A DNA stretch of 64,000 nt, taken from contig CAVXKA010000003.1 of the NCBI GenBank assembly GCA_963762255.1, positions 160,001-224,000 of the forward strand, read 5' to 3'. Both the position numbers and the translations under genes were made by a program. Shown here piece by piece: positions 9,601 through 18,125 of the stretch (positions are counted from its first letter, which is position 1; every line of letters starts with the position of its first letter). The notes below the pieces were generated by a model. That model did not search any database. It was not told the DNA's origin and worked only from the letters and a program-made list of their open reading frames with translations. This stretch comes from Candidatus Eiseniibacteriota bacterium (lineage in GTDB: Bacteria > Eisenbacteria > RBG-16-71-46 > JABDJR01).

Positions 9601-10878
9601 GACCGGCGCACCGGCCGACGGGGCCACCGCCACCGGCGCGATCCGCTTTGGCGCGCCCGGCAACGACCCACCCCAGGCGAGCCAGTACACCGTGTGATCC
9701 GTGAAGGGATTCTCCAGGTATTCCGCGCGCGGATCGCTCGCGAGACCGAACCGGTCGCGGTAGTTGTCCGGTCCGAGGGCGTAGAAGATGATCGTGTCCG
9801 CGGTATCGAACTTGCCGTCGCTCTCCCCGTTCACCAGGATCGGGATCTCGCTGAACGCCCCCCCGGCAAAGCCGTCGGTAAAGTCGGGGCGATCGTACAC
9901 GTGTTCCCACGCCGGGCCGGCGATCAAGTCCGGGTTACCCGGGTACGGCCTCCAACCGAGTCCCGCCCACCCCACTTCGGGCAGGAGCGGGCCGGCGAAG
10001 AGCCTCAGGCCCCTCGGATCGAGCACGTCAACGCTCGCACCCGCGTCGGCCAGCGCGCGCCGGCTCAACCGGTAGATCCCGTTCGCGCCGATCTCGATCC
10101 TGACCCAGCCTTCGGCGTCGTCGAACCAGGTCTCCGGCATGCCGTCGGGGGCGTTCGGTTGCGGCACGGTGTCGCAATCGGGGACTTGCCACGCCGAGGC
10201 GTCCGCCGCGTTGAGGAGCGCCCCGCTCCATCTCTCGCGCGCCGCGCGAGCGGGCCTCGCAGCCGACGGGGCTTGCAGCGCCGAGGCGCCACTCACTCGC
10301 ACCGTGACCGTGATCGCGCGGGCCCAGGTCGCCTCACCGGTCGCCGGATTCCAGCTCACCGGGCGGATCAGAATGTTGGCCACCCGCACGCCGCGCTCGT
10401 TGCCGACGGTTTGCAGCTCGGCCTGCGCGTTGGCGACCGAGACGCCGAACCCACGGCCTTCGCGGAGATCCGGGTCGGGCACCGGATCCTCGCGGCGCCC
10501 CCCCACGATGGAGCCGGGAATCCAACTCGGAATCGGAGGGAACCGCACGTCGCCCGACCGTCCACCCGGCTCGATGGTCAGGCTCAGCGAGGGCTCGCCG
10601 CCCGCCGGGAGTGCCACCCGCACGATGCGGCTCGGAAGCGCGGGATCGCCGGCCTCCCCGCCGCCGGCCAGCCCCGGCCAGACCGGGTATCGGTAGGCGA
10701 TCCCATTCAGATCGTCCACGATCCACTGCGGCTCATCGAAACGGACGGTGAAGCGAACTTCGCCGGCGGGCGCCTCCAACAGATCCAGCGTGTCGCGCCC
10801 CTGCGCGTGCAGCGGAGTTGAGGCCAACCCAATCCCCATGGCGAGAACGACGAGTGAGAGCAGACGTGAGTTCGTCAC
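6670..10878 (-). CDS. porU: PorU-like T9SS sortase (C25 family) with CTD
   Basis: GIYRLS and ENPFTDHTVYWL N-terminal motifs; DIMDEF..DPIALRHFL; catalytic NYIGHG and FSCSVG; LGDPA; C-terminal YPNPF..WDGKDEAG..NGVY; adjacent to porV. Confidence 0.8.
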   Translation of the reverse strand: MTNSRLLSLVVLAMGIGLASTPLHAQGRDTLDLLEAPAGEVRFTVRFDEPQWIVDDLNGIAYRYPVWPGLAGGGEAGDPALPSRIVRVALPAGGEPSLSLTIEPGGRSGDVRFPPIPSWIPGSIVGGRREDPVPDPDLREGRGFGVSVANAQAELQTVGNERGVRVANILIRPVSWNPATGEATWARAITVTVRVSGASALQAPSAARPARAARERWSGALLNAADASAWQVPDCDTVPQPNAPDGMPETWFDDAEGWVRIEIGANGIYRLSRRALADAGASVDVLDPRGLRLFAGPLLPEVGWAGLGWRPYPGNPDLIAGPAWEHVYDRPDFTDGFAGGAFSEIPILVNGESDGKFDTADTIIFYALGPDNYRDRFGLASDPRAEYLENPFTDHTVYWLAWGGSLPGAPKRIAPVAVAPSAGAPVVTESEARLHLEQNGIYDPSMYEAGYRWETWFWDSFDSKNPPRVKQIVLPHVAAGSTFDARVRLWGYVVPLNGAVGEEAQHHVQIDVNGTPAPLAVWGGLGSAAYTHFDVELADVVTDSPDTMIFTVPAVGTNPDRRDYVHLAWIDLAYRRTLNADSKAGELEIDAGEAGRTVRIARPPAGTLVVLDVTDPRNPRELTGGVTAGSGTTATLEFAMDRAASAVVAFVPASGVPVPAKVSLKTSPRLRPGGSDVRWLRDTREPIDYVIIAYDDFAEEAEILAAWRRANLYEITDTREARVRVVRVNDIMDEFTYGMWDPIALRHFLEYTYRYYGACGSDDRLSYCLFFGDHTYDFRDNEQSGILDFVPSWEDNRASIFDISYGNVQYVTDDPLARFHGPFDSFTDIYLGRITVTNRQEARDVVVDKVIRSERAPAHGAWRTKAILVADDKCQNGRLDNLPHVLQTELLDAVIPAPFDRQKIYLYEYGQECPTNSKPDAKRALLRAWSDGAWLMNYIGHGADVVLADEHVFDLADVPTLTNDNRLPVFSAFSCSVGKFSKTAQQGIGESLVLAHGTGALVSAAATYLTSSPSNGPMNIDFVRGMFPDAADLSQSVPAGVSLMRAKRGRGGDDRYVCLGDPASRISTPGRTLQVQGPDRLERGSVVDVRVEASGVGTGDLDVLAQDARLVRSQNEKGAAIDPYRLPGATIYRGTATLVADTAHVQFTVPVALRGGPDGRVRVYASGEGWDGAGVLVLPVVPQSSASPDTLGPAITFSAAGASWRPGQQVEVVLEDPGGINLTGIFEFLSVQLKVFDEAGLERTRQDITSRFAYDPGSATRGRVVFPVPDLEAGRYTVLVSAADNYNNRTQISLEVQVGEASGGNGFTSVAAYPNPFDPDGEPTRVLFTLDLPAQVTVRVYSVSGRLVRRGSMDAVSGGNAFAWDGKDEAGDVVANGVYLVQLTAKGEGGTRRHLERLAVIR

Positions 10879-10983
10879 GGCCTTGGCATCCTTGGCTGAA
10901 GGGTATCCCGGCGTGTGTCGCTCGGACGGATCGTGCGCCCGGCTCGGGCGCGGCCCGCCGTAAATCGGCGGTAGGCAAGGGTA

Positions 10984-11964
10984 TCAACGCGGTGCGGTGT
11001 CGGCTCCCATGTCCTGGAATACCCCCATGGCCAGATATTTCTCCAGCCTCTGGCGTCGCAGGGTGGCGAGATCGAGGAGCTGCAGCTCGGCGATGGCGCG
11101 GACCACGGTGGCCTTCACCGCGCGCGCGGTCTGCTCGGGGTCTCGGTGCGCCCCCCCCAAAGGTTCGTCGATGAGCCCGTCGATGACGTTCATCTGCAGG
11201 ACATCGCGCGCGGTGACCTTCATCATCTCCGCCGCCTCCGGGGCCTTCGCTTTGTCGCGCCACAGGATCCCCGCGCATCCCTCGGGGGAGATCACCGAGT
11301 AGATCGCGTTCTCCAGCATGTAGACCCGATCCGCCACGGCCAGCGCCAGGGCGCCGCCGCTTCCTCCCTCACCGATCACCACGGTCACGATCGGCACGGC
11401 GAGCGCGGCCATCTCGCGCAGGTTTCGCGCGATGGCCTCCGACTGGCCCCGCTCCTCGGCTCCGATGCCCGGATACGCGCCGGGGGTGTCGATGAGGGTA
11501 AGGACGGGCACATTGTACCGCTCGGCGAGCTTGAACAGGCGGAGCGCCTTGCGATATCCCTCCGGGTGCGGCATGCCGAAGTTGCGGTGGATGTTCTCCT
11601 TGGTGTTGCGCCCCTTCTGCTGGCCCACGACCAGGAGCGGCTTGCCGTCGATGCGGGCGAATCCGGTCACGATGGCGGGATCGTCGGCGAACGCGCGGTC
11701 GCCGTGGAGTTCGAGAAAGTCGTCGCAGATGAACCCGATGTAATCGAGCGAGTACGGCCGGCGCGGATGGCGGGCGAGCTGGACGCGCTGCCAGCGCGTG
11801 AGGTTGGAGTAGATGTCGCGCCGCATCTTCTCCGCCTTCTTCTCGAGACGGCCAAGCTCCTCCCCCACCTCGAGGTTCGAGGATGCGGCGAACTCCCGGA
11901 GTTCCTTGATTTTGGACTCCAACTCGACAACCGGCTTCTCGAAGTCGAGCCAAATGCTGCTCAA
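10984..11964 (-). CDS. accA: Acetyl-CoA carboxylase carboxyltransferase subunit alpha
   Basis: LDFEKP, ARHPRRP, IDTPGAYPGIGAEERGQ, GEGGSGGAL; overlaps the dnaE stop. Confidence 0.97.
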   Translation of the reverse strand: MSSIWLDFEKPVVELESKIKELREFAASSNLEVGEELGRLEKKAEKMRRDIYSNLTRWQRVQLARHPRRPYSLDYIGFICDDFLELHGDRAFADDPAIVTGFARIDGKPLLVVGQQKGRNTKENIHRNFGMPHPEGYRKALRLFKLAERYNVPVLTLIDTPGAYPGIGAEERGQSEAIARNLREMAALAVPIVTVVIGEGGSGGALALAVADRVYMLENAIYSVISPEGCAGILWRDKAKAPEAAEMMKVTARDVLQMNVIDGLIDEPLGGAHRDPEQTARAVKATVVRAIAELQLLDLATLRRQRLEKYLAMGVFQDMGADTAPR

Positions 11965-14900
11965 CGACCGTTCCTCCCGTTGACCGTTTCCCCCAGGCGG
12001 ACCGCGTCCCCGCCGAGTTCCGCGCGCAGCTCGACGAGGAGGTCCGGATGCACCCCTACTTTATAGCGTCCGGACTTCATGCGCACCCGCCGGCCGGTCT
12101 CGGTCTCCAGGTGGATCACGACGTCCCCCCGGCCCGGGTAGCGCTCCAGGATACGCCCAATCAGGGCAAGCCGCCCCTCTTCAAGGCCGGACAGCGGAAC
12201 CCTCACGTACAGGGTGTGCGCGAGTTGCCCCCGGCACGCCTCGAAGTCGAACGCCTCGTTGGCCACGATCTTCGGCTCCCCCTCCGGCTCACGACGGTCG
12301 AGACGGCCCCGCACCAGCACCACCCGGTCGGGCTCCAGGAACTCCTTCGCCTTTTCGAACACGTCGCTGAAGAAGACGCACTCCACCACCCCGGCGTAGT
12401 CCTCTACCTGCGCGAAGCCGAACGGCCGTCCCTTCTTGTCGATGCGACGGTTGACCGCGGTGACCACGCCGAGGAGCCCGACGTCCGCCCCGTTGGGGAG
12501 GGTCTTGAGCCGCTCGGTATCGCCGGAGGCCACCGCGCAGATCTCGTCACGGTAGGCGTCGAGCGGATGCTCGGAGAGATAGAAGCCGAGCACTTCCTTC
12601 TCGCGACGCAGGCGGGCGCTGCGGTCCCACTCCGGCACCTCGGGGAGTTCCGGATCGTCGTCGCCGCCCGCGCCCCCACCGCCGAAGAGAGACGTCTGCC
12701 CCATGGCGAGATCGCGCTGGAAGCGCGCGCCCGCATCGAGTGCGCCGGGGACCGCGGCGAAGAGCCGGCCCCGCGAGGGAAGGAGCGCGTCGAGGGCTCC
12801 CGCCGCCACCAGACTCTCCAGCACGCGGCGGTTGATCGCGTCGTGGCCGACGCGGCGGGCGAGATCGTAGATACTCCGGAAGGGTCCGGCGCGCTCGCGC
12901 TCGGCCACCATGGCCTCGATGGTGTTCACGCCCACGTTCTTGACCGCCCCCAGGCCGAATCGGATCCCCTCGTCGGTGACGAGGAAGTCGGCGCGCGAGA
13001 GGTTCACATCGGGCGGGAAGACATTCATACCGAGACGGCGGCATTCCTCCACCAGCACCACCACCCGGTCGGTGGTTTCCATTTCGCTCGTGAGGGTGGC
13101 GGCCATGAACTCGGCGGGGTAATGCGCCTTGAGCCACGCGGTCTGGTAGGTGAGCAGCGCGTACGCGGCGCTGTGGCTCTTGTTGAAACCGTAGCCGGCG
13201 AAGAAGGCCATCTGCTCGAAGACCTTTTGCGCGGTCTCGCGAGGGATACTGCGGGCCACCGCGTCCTCGACGAACTTCTTCTCCAGCGCCGCCATCTCCT
13301 CCTTGTCCTTCTTCCCCATGGCGCGGCGCAGGAGGTCGGCCTCGCCGAGGGTGAAGCCGCCCATGACGCTCGCGATCTGCATCACCTGCTCCTGGTAGAC
13401 CATCATGCCGTAGGTGGGCATGAGGATCGGCTCCAGGGACTCGTGCATGCACACGATCGGTTCGCGCCCGTGCTTGCGATCGATGAAGTTCTGCACCATC
13501 CCCGAGCCCATCGGTCCGGGGCGATACAAGGCGTTCACCGCGACGATGTCGTCGAAACTCTCCGGCGCGAGCCGGCGAAGCAGATCGCGCATGCCGGACG
13601 ATTCGAGTTGAAAGACCGCCACCGTGCCGGCCCGGCGCAAGAGATCGAACGTCGCTTCGTCGTCGAGAGGGAGCGCGCGCAGGTCGGGACGCGTGCCGGT
13701 GCGCTCCCGAATGTGATCCAGCGCGTCCTCGATCACGGTGAGCGTGCGCAGCCCCAGGAAATCCATCTTCAAGAGGCCGACCTTCTCGACCGACTTCATG
13801 TCCCACTGGGTCGAGACTTCACCCTTCCCCGACTTGAAGAGGGGGACCATCTCGTCGAGGCGGCCGGGCGCGATGAGCACCCCGGCGGCGTGCGTGCTGG
13901 CGTGACGCGCAAGCCCTTCGAGAGTCCGCGCCACCCGGATGAGCCGGGCATGTGCCTCGTCCGAGCGCGCCATCTCCGAGAGCTCGGGAATCTGCTCGAG
14001 CGCGCGGTCGAGGGTGATTCCGAGTTCCCCCGGCACGAGCTTGGCGATGCGGTCGATATCCTCGAAGGCGATCCCCAGCGCACGGCCCACATCGCGGATC
14101 ACGCCCCGTGCGGCCATGGTCCCGAAGGTGATGATCTGGGTGACCGAACCCTCGCCGTACTTGGCCTTGACGTAGTCGATGACCTCGCCGCGGCGGCGGT
14201 AGTCGAAGTCCACGTCGATGTCGGGCATGCTCACCCGCTCGGGATTGAGGAAGCGCTCGAAGAGGAGCCCGAAGCGAATGGGGTCGATGTCGGTGATGCC
14301 GAGGCAATACGCGACGAGGCTCCCCGCCGCCGAGCCGCGGCCGGGTCCGACCGCGATTCCCTCCTCGCGCGCGTGGTGGATGAAATCCCGCACGATGAGG
14401 AAGTACCCGGCGTAGTCCATCTGCAGGATGATTTGGAGCTCGAATTCGAGGCGCTCCCGCAGGCTCTCCGTGGCCGCGCCGTAGCGCTCATCGAGGCCGC
14501 GGCGGGCCAGGTGTTGGAGGTACTCGTTGGGATTGTCGAACCCCTCCGGCAGCGGGAACTTGGGAAGGCGCAGATCGTCGAAGTTGAGTTTCAGGTCGAT
14601 GCGCTCCGCGATCTGGAGGGTGGCGGCCAGCGCCTCGGGGAGCGCGGCGAAAACCGCCCGCATCTCCTCGCCGGTCCGGAAATGTCGCTGGTCGGTGCCC
14701 GGGCTCAAGCGATTGGGCTCCGCCACCGTGCGCTGCTGCTGGATGAGGAGGAGGATCTCCTGCGCCTCGGCTTCGGCCGCGGTCATGTAGTGCACGTCGT
14801 TGGTGGCGACCAGCGGCAACCCCACCTTGCGCGCGACGTCGGTGAGCTGGGGGATGAGCGCCTGTTGGTGCGGGATGCCGTGGTCCTGTACTTCGACGTA

Positions 14901-15413
14901 GAAACGGTCGCCGAAGATCTCCTTGTAGCGTGCGGCCACTTCCAGCGCCTGCCTCGGGCGCCCGGCCAGGAGCTCCCGCGAGATCGCCCCGCTCATGCCG
15001 GAGGAGAGGGCGATGAGGCCCTCGGCGTGCTCCTCCACCATCTCGTAGTCCACGCGCGGACGATAGTAGAAACCCTCGAGATAGCCCGCGGTGGAGAGGC
15101 GCATCAGGTTCTTGAGCCCGGTCTGGTTCTGCGCGAGCAGGACGAGATGATCGAGGCCGCGCGCGCTCTTGACGGTCTTGTCGAAGCGGCTCCCCCGGGT
15201 GACGTACGCCTCCATGCCGAGGATCGGCTTCACCCCGGCGCGGGAGCAGGCTCGATAGAACTGGACCGCCCCGAAGAGGTTGCCTCCGTCGGTCAGCGCG
15301 AGCGCGGGCATGCCAAGCGCTGCCGCGCGCGCGACCAGGCGCTCGATGCGGGCCGCGCCGTCGAGGAGCGTGTAATCCGAATGGACGTGAAGATGGACGA
15401 ACGGGTCCGCCAA
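11961..15413 (-). CDS. dnaE: DNA polymerase III subunit alpha
   Basis: PHP motif HLHVHSDY, GPGRGSAAGS, PDIDVDF, GFNKSH, C-terminal OB fold. Confidence 0.98.
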   Translation of the reverse strand: MADPFVHLHVHSDYTLLDGAARIERLVARAAALGMPALALTDGGNLFGAVQFYRACSRAGVKPILGMEAYVTRGSRFDKTVKSARGLDHLVLLAQNQTGLKNLMRLSTAGYLEGFYYRPRVDYEMVEEHAEGLIALSSGMSGAISRELLAGRPRQALEVAARYKEIFGDRFYVEVQDHGIPHQQALIPQLTDVARKVGLPLVATNDVHYMTAAEAEAQEILLLIQQQRTVAEPNRLSPGTDQRHFRTGEEMRAVFAALPEALAATLQIAERIDLKLNFDDLRLPKFPLPEGFDNPNEYLQHLARRGLDERYGAATESLRERLEFELQIILQMDYAGYFLIVRDFIHHAREEGIAVGPGRGSAAGSLVAYCLGITDIDPIRFGLLFERFLNPERVSMPDIDVDFDYRRRGEVIDYVKAKYGEGSVTQIITFGTMAARGVIRDVGRALGIAFEDIDRIAKLVPGELGITLDRALEQIPELSEMARSDEAHARLIRVARTLEGLARHASTHAAGVLIAPGRLDEMVPLFKSGKGEVSTQWDMKSVEKVGLLKMDFLGLRTLTVIEDALDHIRERTGTRPDLRALPLDDEATFDLLRRAGTVAVFQLESSGMRDLLRRLAPESFDDIVAVNALYRPGPMGSGMVQNFIDRKHGREPIVCMHESLEPILMPTYGMMVYQEQVMQIASVMGGFTLGEADLLRRAMGKKDKEEMAALEKKFVEDAVARSIPRETAQKVFEQMAFFAGYGFNKSHSAAYALLTYQTAWLKAHYPAEFMAATLTSEMETTDRVVVLVEECRRLGMNVFPPDVNLSRADFLVTDEGIRFGLGAVKNVGVNTIEAMVAERERAGPFRSIYDLARRVGHDAINRRVLESLVAAGALDALLPSRGRLFAAVPGALDAGARFQRDLAMGQTSLFGGGGAGGDDDPELPEVPEWDRSARLRREKEVLGFYLSEHPLDAYRDEICAVASGDTERLKTLPNGADVGLLGVVTAVNRRIDKKGRPFGFAQVEDYAGVVECVFFSDVFEKAKEFLEPDRVVLVRGRLDRREPEGEPKIVANEAFDFEACRGQLAHTLYVRVPLSGLEEGRLALIGRILERYPGRGDVVIHLETETGRRVRMKSGRYKVGVHPDLLVELRAELGGDAVRLGETVNGRNGR

Positions 15414-15469
15414 GGGTTGTGGTTCCGCGGGTGAGAGCCTACGAGATGCGCCGCTTTCGACCCGGCGAT

Positions 15470-15498
15470 CTTATACCCCTCGGGGCGATGCCGGTCAA
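15470..15498 (-). promoter_or_regulatory. Putative sigma70 promoter of dnaE-accA
   Basis: Minus strand TTGACC-N17-TATAAG. Confidence 0.45.
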
Positions 15499-17231
15499 CG
15501 CACGGTCACGATGAGCGAGCGCTCGGCGCGGTTCCCGACACGGTCGGCGGCGCGCACGACCCACGCGTGCTCGCCGGGGGCCGGGTCCGCGCGCAGATGG
15601 GCGACGAATCGTGCCGCCTCGGGATCCCATTCCGCAAGGACCGGCTCCCCGTCGAGCGTCATCTCCAGCGTCCGCCAGGTCACGCCGGCGCCGCCGTCCG
15701 TGATGCGCGCGACCAGGCGAGGGCGTTTCGCGGCCTTCGGGGCCTCCAGAGCGATCGCGGGGGGGGTGAGATCGCGCAGGAGGGCGAGATCCTCCAGGGC
15801 TCCGATCGAGCCGGCCACGCCCTCTCCGCTCGTGTCGGCGCCGACGAAGGACCACCCGTCGTCACGGCGGTAGAGCGCGAGCCCGCGCCGGGACGTCCCG
15901 GCCTCGACACGCAGCTCCACGCGCGCCTCCTGACGTAGCGGGTACGCCCAGGGGCCGAGCCGCAAGACCGGTGTTGCGGGATCGAGTTCGGGAGCCGCCG
16001 CCGAGCGGCCGGCCAGGGTGTCCTCCCACGACACGCCGACCTGGAGCGCGCCATAGGCCGCACCGGGCGGGAAACTCAAGCGCGCCAGGTCGAGGGTCGT
16101 GTCGACAGGAGCCGAGAGGACTCCGGCCGGGTCTCCACCGATCCGGATCGTGGGCGTCGACACCGAATCGCCGGGTGCGTCCAGCCTCGCGGACACTGCC
16201 AGCATCAGTTCGCGCTCCGTGCGGTTCCCGGCGGCGTCCCAGGCCTCGAATCGCACGTGGTGCGGCCCCGGCGCGAGGCCGGCAAACCAGTCGGGGCCGG
16301 CGTCCAACCAGCGTGCCACGCGCTGCCGCGCGCCCGGAGGAGGGGCCATGCGCACCCATCGTTCCCCGCGGGTGCGGGCCAGATCTTCGCGGAACGTCCA
16401 GCGCACTTCTCCCGGCGCGTTCCAGTCCACGCGATCGAAAGCGATCTCCGCGATCGCCCGCCCGTCGACGGCCCAGCGCACGCGATGGGGAGCCAGGCGG
16501 TTCCCGCCGACACAGGCGCGATCCTCCGTCTCGAGCCATACATCCACCCGTCCCGTTACCGTCACCTCCGGCGACCGGCCGCGAGCCAGGGAAACCACCG
16601 CGGGTCCGACAGCGCCGTTCACGCGAACGCCCGCCTCCGCGGATTCGATGAGAGCGCGAGTGACCGCGGGGGCGACGCTGTCGGCCACCGCCCAAGCGCC
16701 GGTGAGAGGATTCACAGCGATCGATGCATCGTCCCCCTCGCGCAGCTCCGCGTGCAGGTGCGCGGGACCGGCTCCGCTCGACCCGCTAAAGGCGATCACC
16801 TCGCCGGCCGCGAAGCGCAGTCCGTCCGCTGCCGGGAAGAAGTCGACCTCGTAGCGCCCCACGCGATCCTGCTCCCCCTCCACCGCTGCGGCGATACGCG
16901 GAGCGTACCGGCTCAGATGAGCGAAGACCGCGGTGCGCCCGCCACCCATCCGGAAGTAGACGGCGTTTCCGTAACCCGTGCCGGAAGCGCGCAACCGAGT
17001 GACCTCGCCGTCGGCGGGAGCCCGCACCGGTTCTCCTTCGACGCCCGCCGTCGAGAAGTCCAACCCACCGTGGTAGTGACCCGACCGGTACTCCCCGAAG
17101 GAGGAGGTGAGCACCCGGACACCCCGGAGCGGGGCGATCAGATCCCCGGCTCCCTCCGCGCCGGACGCCAGGAGGAGGGCGACGACGACTGAAGCGATCC
17201 ACGATGGGCGAAAGATGGCTCGAAACGGCAT
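15495..17231 (-). CDS. M23 family metallopeptidase with C-terminal Ig-like domains
   Basis: Signal peptide; SSFGEYR..HGGLD, GYGN, HLS, SGSSG..HLHAE motifs. Confidence 0.88.
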   Translation of the reverse strand: MPFRAIFRPSWIASVVVALLLASGAEGAGDLIAPLRGVRVLTSSFGEYRSGHYHGGLDFSTAGVEGEPVRAPADGEVTRLRASGTGYGNAVYFRMGGGRTAVFAHLSRYAPRIAAAVEGEQDRVGRYEVDFFPAADGLRFAAGEVIAFSGSSGAGPAHLHAELREGDDASIAVNPLTGAWAVADSVAPAVTRALIESAEAGVRVNGAVGPAVVSLARGRSPEVTVTGRVDVWLETEDRACVGGNRLAPHRVRWAVDGRAIAEIAFDRVDWNAPGEVRWTFREDLARTRGERWVRMAPPPGARQRVARWLDAGPDWFAGLAPGPHHVRFEAWDAAGNRTERELMLAVSARLDAPGDSVSTPTIRIGGDPAGVLSAPVDTTLDLARLSFPPGAAYGALQVGVSWEDTLAGRSAAAPELDPATPVLRLGPWAYPLRQEARVELRVEAGTSRRGLALYRRDDGWSFVGADTSGEGVAGSIGALEDLALLRDLTPPAIALEAPKAAKRPRLVARITDGGAGVTWRTLEMTLDGEPVLAEWDPEAARFVAHLRADPAPGEHAWVVRAADRVGNRAERSLIVTVR

Positions 17232-17481
17232 GCGGGAAGACCCCTCAAGTGCAAGTGGCGCATGAGGCTATCACTCAGTGAGAGCCAGGTCAAACCGGCC
17301 CAGCCACCCTGCGGCGGGCCCGATCGTGCATTGTGCACGCCCTGTCGCGGGAGAGTCGTGCGAAGCGCGACACCGGGGGGAATTTCGCGCAGACGGAGAA
17401 AAGTGATGCTCAAGATGCGAAATGAAATACCGATTGATTCCAACGGAACTTGTGAGATTCCCGCGGTCGCGCGACCGGGCT

Positions 17482-17497
17482 TGGTACGCCGGTTGCT
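17482..17497 (+). promoter_or_regulatory. Putative sigma54 (-24/-12) promoter
   Basis: TGGTACGCCGGTTGCT matches TGGCAC-N5-TTGCW with exact GG-N10-GC spacing, about 100 nt upstream of ATG 17601. Confidence 0.65.
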
Positions 17498-17600
17498 CAG
17501 TACACGGCCGGAGAAGGGAACCACTCCGCGTTCCCAGTGCGATTTCGCCCGGTCCAATTCCGGGTTCGAGTCGAGTGCCCGACAAGGAGGAGTTGAAAAC

Positions 17601-18038
17601 ATGAAGCGCTGCTTCGCGTCCCTGTTCGCAGCCGGCATCGTGGCCACCCTGATGGTGGTCGGGTGCGGTGATTCCGCGACGGTGTCCCAGCCCGACACCG
17701 CCCCCCCCCTGGCCCCGGTCATCTTGGGTGCCCGCGGGGATGACGGCACGGTCGGCATCTGGTGGAGAACCAACACCGAACCCGACCTCGCCGGCTACCT
17801 CGTTTACGTCACGGAGGCGGGCCTGACCCGTCGCATGAGCCAGTTTCCGATCGAGAACAACTACGTGACCTGGGAAGCGGACGGGCTCGAGTCGGTCCAT
17901 CTCTACGTGACGGCCATCGACTGGGCCGGTAACGAGAGCAGCCCCTCGGTGACGAAGATAGTGAGTCCTGTTCGGGGCGACCAGGACAAGGGGCCCATTG
18001 ACGGCCTGCAGAACAAGGAACTCGCCCAACCCCGCTAA
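17601..18038 (+). CDS. Small lipoprotein with one FN3-like domain
   Basis: AGGAGG RBS; MKRCF..VVGC lipobox; DTAPPLAP..WRTNTEPDLAGYLVY..AIDWAGNES. Confidence 0.8.
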   Translation: MKRCFASLFAAGIVATLMVVGCGDSATVSQPDTAPPLAPVILGARGDDGTVGIWWRTNTEPDLAGYLVYVTEAGLTRRMSQFPIENNYVTWEADGLESVHLYVTAIDWAGNESSPSVTKIVSPVRGDQDKGPIDGLQNKELAQPR

Positions 18039-18068
18039 ACGGGCCTTCGACGATCCGGACTGGACTGG

Positions 18069-18096
18069 GAGGGACGGGGCTTCGGCCTCGTCCCTC
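18069..18096. terminator. Hairpin between convergent genes, probable terminator
   Basis: GAGGGACGGGGC-TTCG-GCCTCGTCCCTC stem with a cUUCGg loop; only a weak T-tract follows. Confidence 0.55.
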
Positions 18097-18125
18097 GCCT
18101 TGTTCTCGTCGATCCCGCCGAGGCC

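Noticed and set aside
10893-10975. Two hairpins between accA and porU as a terminator or ncRNA
   Set aside because: Short GC stems without a U-tract are common by chance at this GC content; support is insufficient.
11961-15413. Intein or split in dnaE
   Set aside because: Normal length and continuous motifs.
12048-15434. 1128-aa plus-strand ORF antisense to dnaE, and similar long antisense ORFs (3167..5335, 8557..10821, 22747..25581, 27943..30102, 45333..47687, 49159..51210)
   Set aside because: Shadow ORFs expected from high-GC codon bias; no recognisable motifs and each mirrors a well-supported gene.
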